Of a DNA stretch of 64,000 nucleotides, positions 37,566-50,069 are shown piece after piece; position 1 is the stretch's first letter; every line of letters begins with the position of its first letter. Made by a program: the position numbers and the translations under genes. This stretch comes from Nymphaea colorata. Its lineage: Eukaryota. The DNA lies in assembly GCF_008831285.2 (NCBI RefSeq), contig NC_045138.2:40176001-40240000 (forward strand), given 5' to 3'. Below the pieces are notes generated by a model. The model made no database searches. It was not told the origin of the DNA and saw nothing but the letters and a program-made list of their open reading frames with translations.

Positions 37566-38967
37566 ATGGCCTGCAGGCTCTGCTTCGCAGCCTTGGTCGT
37601 CGTCCTGACGAGCTCCGGCTTGGTCCCTCGAGCCACGAGCAGCGGCGTCCACCTGCTGGGGAGGTTCGAGGGCTGGATTGAGAGGTACAATCGGACATAC
37701 AAGGATGCCCATGAGAAGGAGAAGCGCTTTAGAATCTTCAGGGACAACGTCAGGTTGATCGATTCCGTCAATGGGCGGAACCTTTCATACAGTTTGAGGG
37801 AAAACCAGTTTGCAGACATGACCGACCTGGAGTTCAAGTCGACCCATTTGGGTTACCGGCGGCCAGCCGCTAAGAGGTGCCATTATCACCGGCGAGAGGG
37901 AACCGGTTTTAGTAATGCAAACGCACCGCTGCCTGACAGTGTTGATTGGAGGGATGGAGGCGCCGTCACGCCAGTCAAGAATCAAGGCCGATGCGGTTTC
38001 TCTCTCTCTCTTACTCGAACAAATCTTTACAGACGTTGAAATATGATTTAACAAACTATAAAATCTCTTTGGCGTCGAGAAAAGAGAGACTAGAAACTCA
38101 TCTATATTAAAATACCAACAAGAAATTTACTCACCAGCTTAGAGTACTTAGAATTGGTGAACCTGTCAATTCTTGAATTGCATCTCCCATGGAATGATCT
38201 GGTAAGGAATTGTATATTCCTAACTTTCTATGAGCGAACAAAACAATGATGAGAAACTATTTCTGATGTTGTATATTGAAAATCTAAATTGGCCTTTGAT
38301 TTTCTGTTAAGTGTGATCACCAATTAAGGCAAACACAGAGGGAAACTTTAACTGTTGTTTCTGTGCAGGAAGCTGCTGGGCCTTCTCGGCGGTGGCAGCA
38401 ATAGAGGGCATCACCAAGATCAGGACGGGGGAGCTCCTCTCCCTCTCCGAGCAGCAACTCGTGGACTGCGACGTCGAGGGCGACAACAAGGGTTGCAAGG
38501 GAGGGTACATGGAAGCGGCCTTCCGCTACGTCCAGAACTCCGGGGGGCTCGCCGAGGAAGCCGACTACCCTTACCACGGCGCCGGCGGAACGTGCAACCT
38601 GGACAAAGCCTCCGACGTCGCGGCAACCATAACCGGCTACGCGACCGTCCCGTCCGGCAACCAGACCGCATTGCAGAGCGCCGTGGCGAACCAGCCCGTG
38701 TCGGTAGCCATCGATGCCAGCGGAATCTTCTTCCAGTTCTACTCTGCGGGCGTGTTCGCTGGGCCCTGTGGAGACGATCTTAACCATGGCGTCACGGTCG
38801 TGGGGTACGGAGAGAAGGGAGGGAGGAAGTACTGGACGGTGAAGAACTCGTGGGGGAAGGGGTGGGGGGAGAATGGTTATATCAGGATGAAACGTGATGC
38901 TGCCGACAGGAAAGGATTGTGCGGCATCGCCATGGATGCATCCTACCCTCTCAAGAATTCACGTTGA
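37566..38967 (+). CDS. Papain-family (C1A) cysteine protease, SAG12/ervatamin-like, ~342 aa, 2 exons, no granulin domain or KDEL
   Basis: Exons 37566-37995 and 38369-38967 (1029 nt). Signal-peptide-like N-terminus, ERFNIN-type prodomain ([20 protein letters not shown]), NQFADMT, and catalytic motifs QGRCGSCWAF, LNHGV, KNSWG. In-frame upstream ATGs make the start uncertain. Confidence 0.95.
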
Positions 38968-40479
38968 ACTCTTATATATTGCTTTCCATCATGTACGTCT
39001 TCTGTTTCCAATTGAACCATTCTGATTTTGCTGCTAATATACTGTTGTGGTGAAGGAGAGCAGCGTGTTGTAAGGACTAAAGAAGATATGAAGAAGCCCT
39101 TAAGAACTGCTCTATGAGGCATGGTTAATAATGCAATTCAATGGCTTGGTAGACTTCTAAATCAGTGTATCACAATTACAAGTTCGATTTTATACGGTAT
39201 TTTAGCATTATTACAGCTTATAAACAAAAAATATATATGCATATCCTTCCATGCCAGCTTGGTGAGAATCATCTAACCCATTGTAAAAGGAGATTTAATA
39301 GTTTCGTTGAGAAGGGGCACCCGATGAGGCCGAAACTTCTCATTCTTTTCCCATGTTATCTAAGGCTGCTTCTGAACTAAGGTGGAAGATCATACACTCA
39401 TCAACTAAAGTTTTGTGCATTCATTATTTGATCCAAAGGAATAACATCAAAATTGAACTCAGACTTGAACCAACACCCACGAAAATTGAACTAACACCAG
39501 CTATGCTATGATCCTCAAGAGTATCAGATAAGTCAAAATGTTTTTTCAACAATCAGAAAAACCCTTCAAAAGAGTAAATGAGTTTTATTTCAAGAAACTC
39601 ATTTGGTTTTTTCCCTCTCTTTTTCTCCTTTGAAGGGTTTTTCAAGTTTTTGCAAAAAAAAAAAAAAAAAAACTTGACTTAAATATTTACAACTTAATAT
39701 CCATCACATGGTCTCTTTGGAATCAATCATCAAATAGATGATTTTTATCAAAATCTACAACATAAGGATTTGCCTATATATATATGTGTGCCCTGTCATT
39801 AGGATTTTCATCCAATCATGACCACCGACTATTTAAGCAATGAAGCTGATTATATACGTCATACTGATGCACACATTAAAAAATTCATGCACTAGTATGG
39901 TTAATGACAAAAATGTTCATGTTTAATAAAAAAAACTTTTTTTAAAGACAAAAAAGAAAATAAAAAAAAACAATTTTTAATAATTTCAAAAAAATGTCAC
40001 CTTCTTCCTTGTGGCATATGTTTGTTGTGTGAACACAACTCACCTTCTTTAAACAACTACTACTTCCTAAAACTTTGTGCCCGAAAGAATGGACACAAGG
40101 CTGCCAATCAGGCCCTCGACCTAAGATATGCCTACCGATCGACTAAGTACTACAGCTAACAAAACATTATAAATACATATAACCAGGCCACAAGTTTAAA
40201 AGCACTAAAAGACTCCAAGTGTTCTTTCTATATTCATTCAATCAGTACATACATGTAGGCAATATATGTATGCATTGAGCAAATCCGTCCTTTCTTTTGC
40301 TCGACCATTGTAAACAAGCTTCTGAGGTGAAAACTATTTATTTATTTTATGAAATATCCATGACTGCCCTTAAAAGCTGAAATAGGACAAGAAAAATAGC
40401 ATATGACATACAAAAGACTCAAAGTCACCACAAAAACAAAAATAAAGTCAAATGAGTACAAATTCGAATCCTTTTATGA

Positions 40480-42173
40480 TTAGTTATGTCTACTGCAGTT
40501 CCTCCTAATCTCTCCTTCGTTTCCCAATTTAATTCCTATGCTTCCCATCTTATCCATGGCTTGTGTGAAAGCATCAAAGAACGTAACCATATGCTTCCCC
40601 AGCATCCGGACGAGCCCTCTAGTCCTTGGGTCCAGGAAGAGTGCTTGGTCGCTTGCCAATAAGCTCATGTTTGCCTCTAAATTCTTGTAGTACACGTTGT
40701 CGAAATTGAAAGGTGTCGTAACGTCACAGGGCGCGACCACGTCGGTGTTGCCGCCGGTCCGAGGGCACAACATCTGTAGAGCCTTGAGGAGCCTGGGTTC
40801 GATCAGTGGGTCCGGCCGGTTGGTATGGTTGTAGTTGTAGAGCCTTGGTACAAACTGTCTACAGTGTGCGAATCCAATCGTGTGAGCCCCGGAGAGTGCA
40901 ACTAGGTCCGTCTTGTTGAGCCCTTTGCTAGCGAACAACTTGAGGAGGTCATCCACTGTTGAATTAGAACGAGGTAGGTTGTTCTTCACCTCGGATGCGA
41001 GGGAGGCTCTCCCGTCTCTTCTTCCTTTCTTCACTGGATATTTTGGACCACCAGCCTACATTGAACATACACATTCAGCTTGCACGCATGCATGATACAC
41101 GGGCATAGAGAATCAGAATCCTTACGTAAACACACACACACTCATACGTAGAGAATATTTTCACTTTTTACCTGCTTCAACCGTGGCCTTTTAAGCTACT
41201 GTTTTTGGTACAATATTCTCCATAGTCGTACGTACTTTATCTTGCAGTTACCACATCTGGTTCAGAAAGACCTTATCCCATATTCAGGAGGCAGAGAGAC
41301 GAATTCACCAGGCCGTCAAAAGTTTTCTCTTTTTAATGCATTTATAGGATAAGTAGAATCCAGAAGAACATATCAGAACAAAAATTTCATCCCCTTTGAT
41401 TGTTGTAAGTCGAAAGAGCAACATACCCACCAAGCAACCCGCTTTCCCTTCTCTATTTTCTTTTCCCTATCTCCTATAAACCCAATAATTTATGTTGTTC
41501 TGACATTTTTTCTATTGTGGCATTCATTTCCTGTTCATACTTTACTTCTGGAATCGTTTTTCAGTCCCTGCAACTGCAAGGGCGTCTCAAAAGCAGGACA
41601 TGGAATATAAAATGGAAAGCAAGGGACAGGGGTTGAGATTTCGGTACCAGAAAAACGAAGTCTCTGGCAGCAATGGCGAGAATGTCAGCACAGGAGACGA
41701 CTCCCGGGCACTTGGACTCCACCACCGCCTTCGCCGTGCCGACGCTCTCGAACGCCTCCGGCGCCAGATCCTCGTTGTCGACAGCCTCTCTCTCCGAGCC
41801 AGGGCCACTTATCAGAATCGACGCATCGCAGCCCTGCAGCGAAGGGATCAACCGCCACATGGAGGAATTGGAAAGGGAGCGACAGAGAATGGCCTGCGAA
41901 ATTCGTAAAAGTATTTAAAGAAATGTTGGTTACGGAGACCATCTTCACCTCTACGAAGCAGTCGTGGAAGAAGAGCCGAATGGTTGAAGGCGCGGAGACC
42001 GGAGCTTCTTTGAACCGTTGCGAGGTGACCGAGAAGACTAGCTGCTCCAGTTGTGGACAGGACATGGAGTAGAAATCGACGGAGAGTTGGTGGGAAACTC
42101 GTGTGAAGAAGCCAAAGGACATTAGCGCGATGCAAACGGCCGAGACAGTGGAAAAGTTGTTGCAGAAATCCAT
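40480..42173 (-). CDS. PER19: Class III secretory peroxidase, peroxidase 19-like, ~328 aa, 3 exons
   Basis: Exons 42173-41949, 41833-41648, 41055-40480 (987 nt). RLFFHDCFVEGCDAS, VSCADILA, LSGAHTIG. VTSQRFKE, PRSNSTVD and SDQALFLDPRT recall Arabidopsis PER19. Confidence 0.93.
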
Positions 42174-43706
42174 CGTCCTTGTTTTCTTCCTGCACTTGTA
42201 CTAGCTGTATCAGAGAGAGAAGAAAGAGATCAAGGAGATGGAGCAGCAAGAACTATATACGTGAAGGAAAGAAGCAAGAAGTGATCTGCAGATTCTCATG
42301 CGATGAAGAAGCAAGGTCATTACAAAAAAAGGTCCAATTCCCATGCCTATTAATTAAGTCAATCTGGAATAACTCTCGGACCTGTTGTGGATTTGTTTAA
42401 ACTCGATTAGCTGGCTAGATTGGCCTTTGATTTCCTGGAAATCTTTGGTTGTCTTAGCTACGCAATTATGGGGCTGCCCTTTCTTTATTTCCATATAAAT
42501 TTCTTCGGGGCCCCAGAAAACGCCGATCCAGTTTAACTTTTTGCCGCCGACTTAGGTCCGATCTTTATTTGAGCATCCTCTCAATTATTGAGCCGACCGA
42601 CCAGGACCGAGCATACAAAAGCCATCAACAATAAAAATTACAAAAGAAATGCAATTTGAGTGAGTTCAAGAGGAAAAAAAAAAAGTTTAAAAAAATTATA
42701 AAGGAATAAATAAATATTAAAACAAGTGCCAACCGTAGCCTCCTTTTCCTTTTTCGTTTGGTTAAAAAATTTGGTGCTCTTCTGGTTGTTCCTTTGTTCA
42801 AGTGGGTTGTTGGTCTAATGACGCGCTGCACCGGTGGTTCATTGCCGAACCAGAAATTAGTTTAATAACTTTAATGTTTTAAGGAACACTTATACATATA
42901 AACCACTAAATATATAAAATAAATAACATAAAAACAAGTGAAGTTTGTGAAACACCAGCCATCATGCAGCTCCGCGATTCTAAATCTCTCTTATTACAAA
43001 AAAGAAAAGAGAAAGAGATGTTGTTAAAACATAAGTCCCCAAACAATTAATAACATGCAACACACACTAATTTTTGTTCTTTGATCTTTTTCAATATAAA
43101 AGTGTTATAAAATCTCTAAAATAGAGTCAGTGTACCTTTAAATCAGCATTGTGCTCTACCTCCATGAAGTATATAAGAATAAGATTCATGTGAATCCAAT
43201 TGGCTGACCAGCCATGCTATCTAATTTTATTGATTCATCCTTTAAATTAAGAGATGTAGAGACGTATACAATTAAATGAAGAATTTTTGAGACTCGACAT
43301 GTCAATTTTTTTTTTTTCAAAAGTTGAGTGAAATTATAGATTATATGTTAGTGCTTTGAAGATGATAAAAATAATGTTATGAATATGAGATTGATGAAAG
43401 CTAGAACGGCTAATTAATGAGGTGGGGCAAGTTGGATTTCGGACAAATGAATCTGCTTAGTCAGATTTATGCATGGAATAAAGCCTGGTTATTTACATTT
43501 GGATTCAACATGCAGTTCTGATGAAGAACCTTGCATGGAAATTTTGGACCTCCTACTATTTGGATTCAGGTTTAATTTTGAACAACAGGTCCGAGTCCAA
43601 GATAAGAACCTAAACAGTGACCCGACCCGAGTGCGGACCGTCCCTCCGTCAATGAGAGGGTAAGCTGATTGGGGCGTCCATTTGCAGTTGGGGGAAGGCT
43701 GCAGCT

Positions 43707-46499
43707 ATGAGAGCCATTGTGCAAAGAGTTGCTTCTGCCAGGGTGGAGGTCACAGTCTCTCTCTCTCTCTCCCCATTTCTTCTTCTTCTTCATTTTTCAT
43801 TTCCCTTTCTAACTGACCATTATCAGTCATGAACGAGGAGAATGGAGTTTCACCAAAAATTTGTGATTGTTTGGATTCAGGTAGAGGGTCGAACGGTGTC
43901 AGAGATCGGTCCAGGCCTTTTGGTTTTGGTGGGTATTCACGAAAACGATGGCGAGGGGGATGCTGAATACATGTATGAGAAACCCTTCTGTTCTTTCACA
44001 ATTCAACGCTTTCTGCTTTACCCACTTCTGGCTTCCAAACAGTTTCATTTTCGCGATGCATCTTTCTTTCTACTTATTGTACCCTTTTCTTAGTTTCTCA
44101 TCCGTCAATGATGAACTCTGAAGTTCATTCTAGGAGCATTCGTATTCAGTTTCTTCATCGGTTGTTCGTCGTCTCTTTTAGGCGATTAGGACATATCTTT
44201 GAAGGCCTATATGTCGTTTAACAACTACTGGCATTTCAAATGAAAAATGTAAAGGAAAGACGAGTTAAATGCTAGAGCCTTCGATATTACGGACCTTGTG
44301 CCGTCAAAAGAACTCCTCTTATAAACTCAAAAGCTACTGGAAGCTATAAAACCTAACCACGATCCCGGTTTGATGTCATGTTTAGATGTTGGTAGCTCCC
44401 GTTCTGCTAAGGTCATTGCTTATGAAGCTCAATTTTGTCTGTTTTTATCGTGATCCTTTACCACATTCTTTCTTCTAATGAATTAATTGCTTTCGTAGTA
44501 CTCGTACTACGACCTTGATCCTTGGATATGTTCGTTTGGGGGTTTATTCAGAAGTATTAGTGGTTAATGGTTAGCATGATACGCGAAGTTTTCAGCTGCT
44601 CATTTGCCAAGACATTAACATCCAACAATTGGTCATGCCAAGCCATGAAATATGAACTCTGACGCCGTCTTGCTTTGCTACTTGCTAGAAGTAATGGCTC
44701 GTTGACTGTGTAGGGTTTCCCTTCATTGATGTAGATGCATCAAAATGATCAATGATGGAGCTGATCTGAATATATAGTATACTCATCTGAAAATATAGCA
44801 TGCAGGCGTTGTCGACAGGGTATGAATAAACTCTCTTATGAACTTAACTGCTAGAATACCCGCTTTCTCATCCCAATTTTAAGCACCAAAAATACTTGAT
44901 TAACGCAGCTTGCAATGCTTTTTGTCTATCACATCTTCTACAGTGTGAATCCTTACAAGTGTTTGATCCCTTGTGGCGTGTGATATACATTGTGGAAACT
45001 GCTTGTATAAATATGCAAAAGACGTGCCATTTGGCCTTTGTACCACAAAAGTCTGTGGACAGCTACATACTTGCAACATCCGATACATGTACACATGTTT
45101 TTAACTGCATGGTTCTTTGTTTCAGAAAATATTTCATGTCAGGAATGTTATTAATTTTTTGCGTACATATAAATTATGGATCTATCCTTTCTCTATCGCA
45201 TTTTTTTCATATTATGAATGATGAATTGGTGTAACTTTTCTTAGTGCATAGCCTCTGAAGGATTTACACTTGCAGCTGCAGAAAGGTGTTGAATATGAGG
45301 ATTTTTCCAAATGAGAAGACTGGCAAAGCATGGGATCAAAGTGTGAGATTTTCGTTGGTTGCCCATGTTGCTTCCATATCAAGCTTATAATCTAGAAACT
45401 TTACCATGTATACGGTTTTGGTACTGTGCAAGTAGTCATGATTTCCATGTAATGATTCCAGTAAAAAATTTGGTTGGCCATGAGTGTGGGTTTATGATGA
45501 TCAGGTCTGGAAGTCCTGCAAGCATGGGGTCAAAGTGCAAGATTTTTGTTGGTATCCCATGTTTGTTTCCTTATGTAACTATTCCAGTAAGAAATTTGTT
45601 TGTCTGTGTTTATGGGTTTATGGGGATCGGGAAGGAAGTCCTGCAACATTTCTTAGCTTAGGAAGTTGCAGTATTACTTTTGAGGTAACGATATCTTTCC
45701 TTGTGCAGGTTATGCAGAGGAACAGTGGCGTCCTCTTGGGTAGTTGAACACCATACACTGTTGTTTATGGCTGAAGCACTATTTTTTGTCATCTAATTCT
45801 TTCTTATATTTTATATTATTATTATTTTTCAGTGAGCCAGTTTACTTTGTATGGTGTTCTCAAGGGAAACAAGCCCGACTTTCATGTGGCTATGCCACCG
45901 CAGAAAGCTGAAACTTTCTATGCGTCTCTAGTGGATAGATTTCGTAGGTCTTATTCTCCTGATTGTGTTAAAGGTAAATGATTATTTGTTTGGCAATTTT
46001 CTTTTTTCATCCATACTGATGCATTGACACATACTTCTGTAAGGATGTTCTTCAGATACCCATCATTTTATGGGGCTTCTCCACCATCACCTGACTCTAA
46101 CCTCTTTTCTGGAATAATTGTATTTTTTCTCTGCTTACTTGTTTGATCCTTCACTAGCCTTGCAACTGCTTCTGTTTTATCTAATAATACAAATTAATTT
46201 ATATTTCTCTCTAGAAGAAGGACCGTAGTAGGATAAAAACAGGTTAATAAGCCTAATATGATTTTGTTATGGCCTCTATCTGCGGGTGTCTAAAGGGAGT
46301 GGTGTTTCTATAGGTTTCTTATTTATGCAGAGATAAAGCGCCTTTTGGCCCTGTTATAGGTCACAGAATTTTGGATTTTCCTGATGTCTGTGATGCACAG
46401 GGACACTTAGGCTAGACTTCGGATAGATACATGGTGCACAGTGCACTGCATCTACAGAGTTTCCTTTCGGAAAGGGTGACATATATTTCGTAGATGAAC

Positions 46500-46535
<36 letters not shown>

Positions 46536-47123
46536 ATGGATCAAAGCACTAAAAATGAATATGGTCAAGCCATCTGACTTCGTACTCCAGCATGGCGATG
46601 GACCCATAGCAGTAAACCACTTCCAAATGGAAGTCATATATGACATTTGTGCTTCCGAAGGGATTGTCTACTGACTTAACAAATGAAACTTGTCTTCATG
46701 GTGTGACTTTATAATTTTTAAGCTAGCTCTTCATTTAATTTTCATATTAATGTGGTCTTATTTCATATTATGTTTGTTTTTCTGGCACAGATGGTGTATT
46801 TGGAGCAAAGATGAAGGTAATTTTCCGCTACCATCGTCATTAAATTTAAATTCTGAAGTAACTAACGTATTTTGTCTGCATTTATTAGTCATACAGTCTC
46901 TGTGCGTTAGTCATATTGTCTCTCATGCATAGGTATCGTGTCATGATTTAGCATTCATGTTCTCGTACCTTTCCATAGGTTGATTTGGTAAATGATGGTC
47001 CTGTTACACTGCAACTTGATTCTGCAAAGCCTGAAAAGTAAGTATGCACCATCTATTTCCACGAAATGCTGTCCGAGTTCCTGCAGGATCATTCGTAATC
47101 TTTTGAATAACCGCAGGGACTAA
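43707..47123 (+). CDS. DTD1: D-aminoacyl-tRNA deacylase (DTD1 type), ~154 aa, 8 exons
   Basis: Exons 43707-43748, 43881-43972, 45276-45342, 45709-45739, 45833-45973, 46791-46816, 46979-47037, 47117-47123 (465 nt). MRAIVQRV start, SQFTL motif, and NDGPVT carrying the Gly-cisPro motif. Confidence 0.93.
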
Positions 47124-48506
47124 AATGATACCAAAAACTGGAGAGTTTACAGTGCAGATACAGAATTTAAGGAAGGCCCGCAAGTTCAGATTTAGGACAT
47201 ACAGATTAGTGTATTGATAAACTTGTCCAATTTATTCCCAAAAGAAAAGGTGTTGCAGGATTTTTAGCATCATTATATTTGGCAGTTCTCCCATTAGCTT
47301 CTGTTGTACAGGTTCTTCCTTCCTGCAATTACTAGTTTGTACAAGTCATTGTTGTTGGGGATATGCTTGGGCCTTAATTATTTTCTTCCGGGATACAAGG
47401 TAGCTTCTTTTGCTCTTTTTTCCTTCATTTTTGAACAGGTGGGATATAAAATTATCAAGAAATTTTTTCGTTTACGACTCTTAGTATCTACCGTAACATT
47501 GCTACTTACTAAGAAATATACAAGATCGGGCACTATAATGCTTATATATTAGCATATAGTTTCTTATATAGGTTTTGATAATTAATCTTGTTTCCGAAGA
47601 TAATCCTCTCGGGTGCACTGTAGCTCGTGTCTGCTTGGTTGAATGACTAGTGTCCAGTCAGTCCTGCTCTTGGCATTTCAACGAGAATTTCTCCTCTAAT
47701 CTGACAGGCAGCGACGTCCTTGTTCCTTATGATCCTGGACCGTGCATCTCTGCGACAGCGAGAATCTATTTGGAAGCTGTTACTTGGAGAAATGAATTTT
47801 AAAATGTAGGAGCTGCCATGGCTACCTAAAATTAGGAGCTACCAAATTCTTAATTCGTGAGCTATCAATTCTGAGGTGGTAACTAGCAAATTCACATTTT
47901 AGTATAAATACAAACAGGTGGATCTGACTTCCTTCTGGAAAGGCATAAACACCCGTTCTATCTGCCACTCCCAAACAATCATCACCAAGGCAATCTGACC
48001 AATATTACACCTACTGCATAAACTTCCATCGTGTCTGCTGTTTCCCGTACGTCTTTACATGAATATCTAAATGTTCACGAGGGATCAATGGCGAAACCGG
48101 AAATCTGAACTGTGGTGGGAACCCACACATATAAAAAAACATATTAACAAAATGGAATGTACCTTTTACAGGTTACAATGATAAGATGAATGTGTCTATC
48201 ATGTAAATTTTGGAAGTCGTAAATTTCAGGGACTTACTGTCGATCATGTAAAATTTCGAAGTTTGGAAAGATAAAACTTCCTGTTGCTGGTGTGGATATT
48301 GTAAATTTCAGGGACTTCTTCTCACTTCTTTCTCTCTCTCTCTCTTTTGAGTGACCACCACAAGGGAAAGTTTCTGAATCAAGGTGGACATCAGACGTCT
48401 ATGAAAAAGATTCAAAACTCCCAACGTTTCTATCAAGCAATTAAAAGTTAAGGAGGGCAAGTAGGGATGAATTGGATGTGGAGTTTCTGAGGCCGGATGG
48501 AAGTTT

Positions 48507-48507
<1 letters not shown>

Positions 48508-48548
<41 letters not shown>
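48508..48548. repeat. (GA)n microsatellite; others at ~1474-1495, 46502-46532, 61905-61958 and (TA)n at ~58059-58083
   Basis: Direct reading of the sequence. Confidence 0.95.
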
Positions 48549-48551
<3 letters not shown>

Positions 48552-48949
48552 GGGTTTCGGGGGTCGGGTTTCACAGGGCCTGATGAAGACGCCGAGAGCG
48601 GCGACGGACTCCGGCGATGGTGCCGGAGGCTTTGGGTCTTGGGGTTTTGAATCTTTTGATCGGCCGGAAAGCCAGAAAGCGCACGGTAGGCCTAGATTTT
48701 GTCTGGGCAGCCCCGTGCTAGTTATGGAGACAAATTAAACAAGTGAAACTTTTACAGAGAGTGAGAGAGGTGCTCAACTTTTACGAGGAACCCACATATA
48801 CTCAAAAGGATTTTCTAAATAAAGAGTGTTTAACAATTCATATTTTTGTGCGACAGTCCCCTTACCATCCACCTTTAGTTTAAGCTTCATGAGAGAGAGA
48901 GAGAGATTATGAATCATGAAGAGGGAGTTCCCTCCATGACTGTCATATC

Positions 48950-49315
48950 TGCTGGATAGGCAGCTTCAGCTCAACTCAACTCATACATTATTTGGCTTGA
49001 GCTTGAGACAAGCTCTATATGGCAGCTCTAATTCGACTTGATAGACCAAGGTATTGATGGTGACAATTAACTTGTATCTTTACTTGTAACTTGAACTTGT
49101 GATCATGGTATATGGATCTAATATCTATGTCCGACAGCCTTCAAGTTTAATTGAGTCGAGTTTACCTAGCTCGAACTTGACTTATTCACTAACTCGAGTT
49201 TTAATTAAAGTTCAAGCTCAAATACTCGTTTAACCAAGGAAACGAGCTGTGAGTTGAGCTTAACTGAGTTAGTTCAAGTTCAAACCAAGTTGGCTGGCCT
49301 TGTTGAGCACCACTA
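48950..49315. mobile_element. Degenerate CTCGA-type hAT MITE related to the ends of 6732-10054
   Basis: Eroded CTCGA/CTCAA arrays ending in TTGTTGAGCACCACTA; left end and TSD unclear. Confidence 0.45.
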
Positions 49316-50069
49316 ATGACGAAAAACATTGAAACTTAAAAAACTGTGGTTTGGAAAGTTTATTTTTCTTTTAATTAAAGTTATAATAGACCTTGTATGA
49401 ACTTAAGCAGCGATATTGTAATTTTTTAAGCCTTAGCTTTTTTTTCTCTGAAAATATGACAAAAGCTGGGCAGTTATTTGTAGGGTTTCTCTTTCAAAAA
49501 TACATTTAAATCTGTAGCATTGACATCAACGATCAAATTACACTGTTGAATATTAAACTATGCACCTACTTAAATTGAACAACTTTCAGGCAACCAATCT
49601 CTATAGAAGACAACACGAAAAGAATCCGATCTGAGTTGTACAGGCAGACTGGAAACACTTTTTATATACATTATTCCGACTTTTATAACCAAATTCATTG
49701 CTTCTTTTTTTTTTCTATTCAAGTCTAGTGGGGATTAGGATAGTCGGTTGGCGTGCAGGTGTAAGGAAAACAATTAACCTGTTTGATTCATGAGGGTGCT
49801 ACTTTCTTTGATGGTAAAAAGTAGAATCATGTTGAAGAATATATCGTACAAACACAAATATCAACGCAGCCTAAAACCCTGAAGGCAAGAAGAATGAAAG
49901 ATCTTTAGTGAGTTAGCAATCTCCTACTATCTCTTTTACTAACTGACCGAAGTATCGTATGACTATAAGGAGAAACAGATGGACATAAAAGAGACATGCT
50001 CCGGGCTCTCCATGAGCCCTCTATCACTTCAGCATAGGCGCCTTCCCTCCTCTTGCCATTGCAGAAGAA

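Noticed and set aside
43469..43706. Possible N-terminal extension of DTD1
   Set aside because: In-frame TGA at 43653-43655 with no ATG before 43707; the apparent GT..AG is too short (~28 nt) to be an intron.
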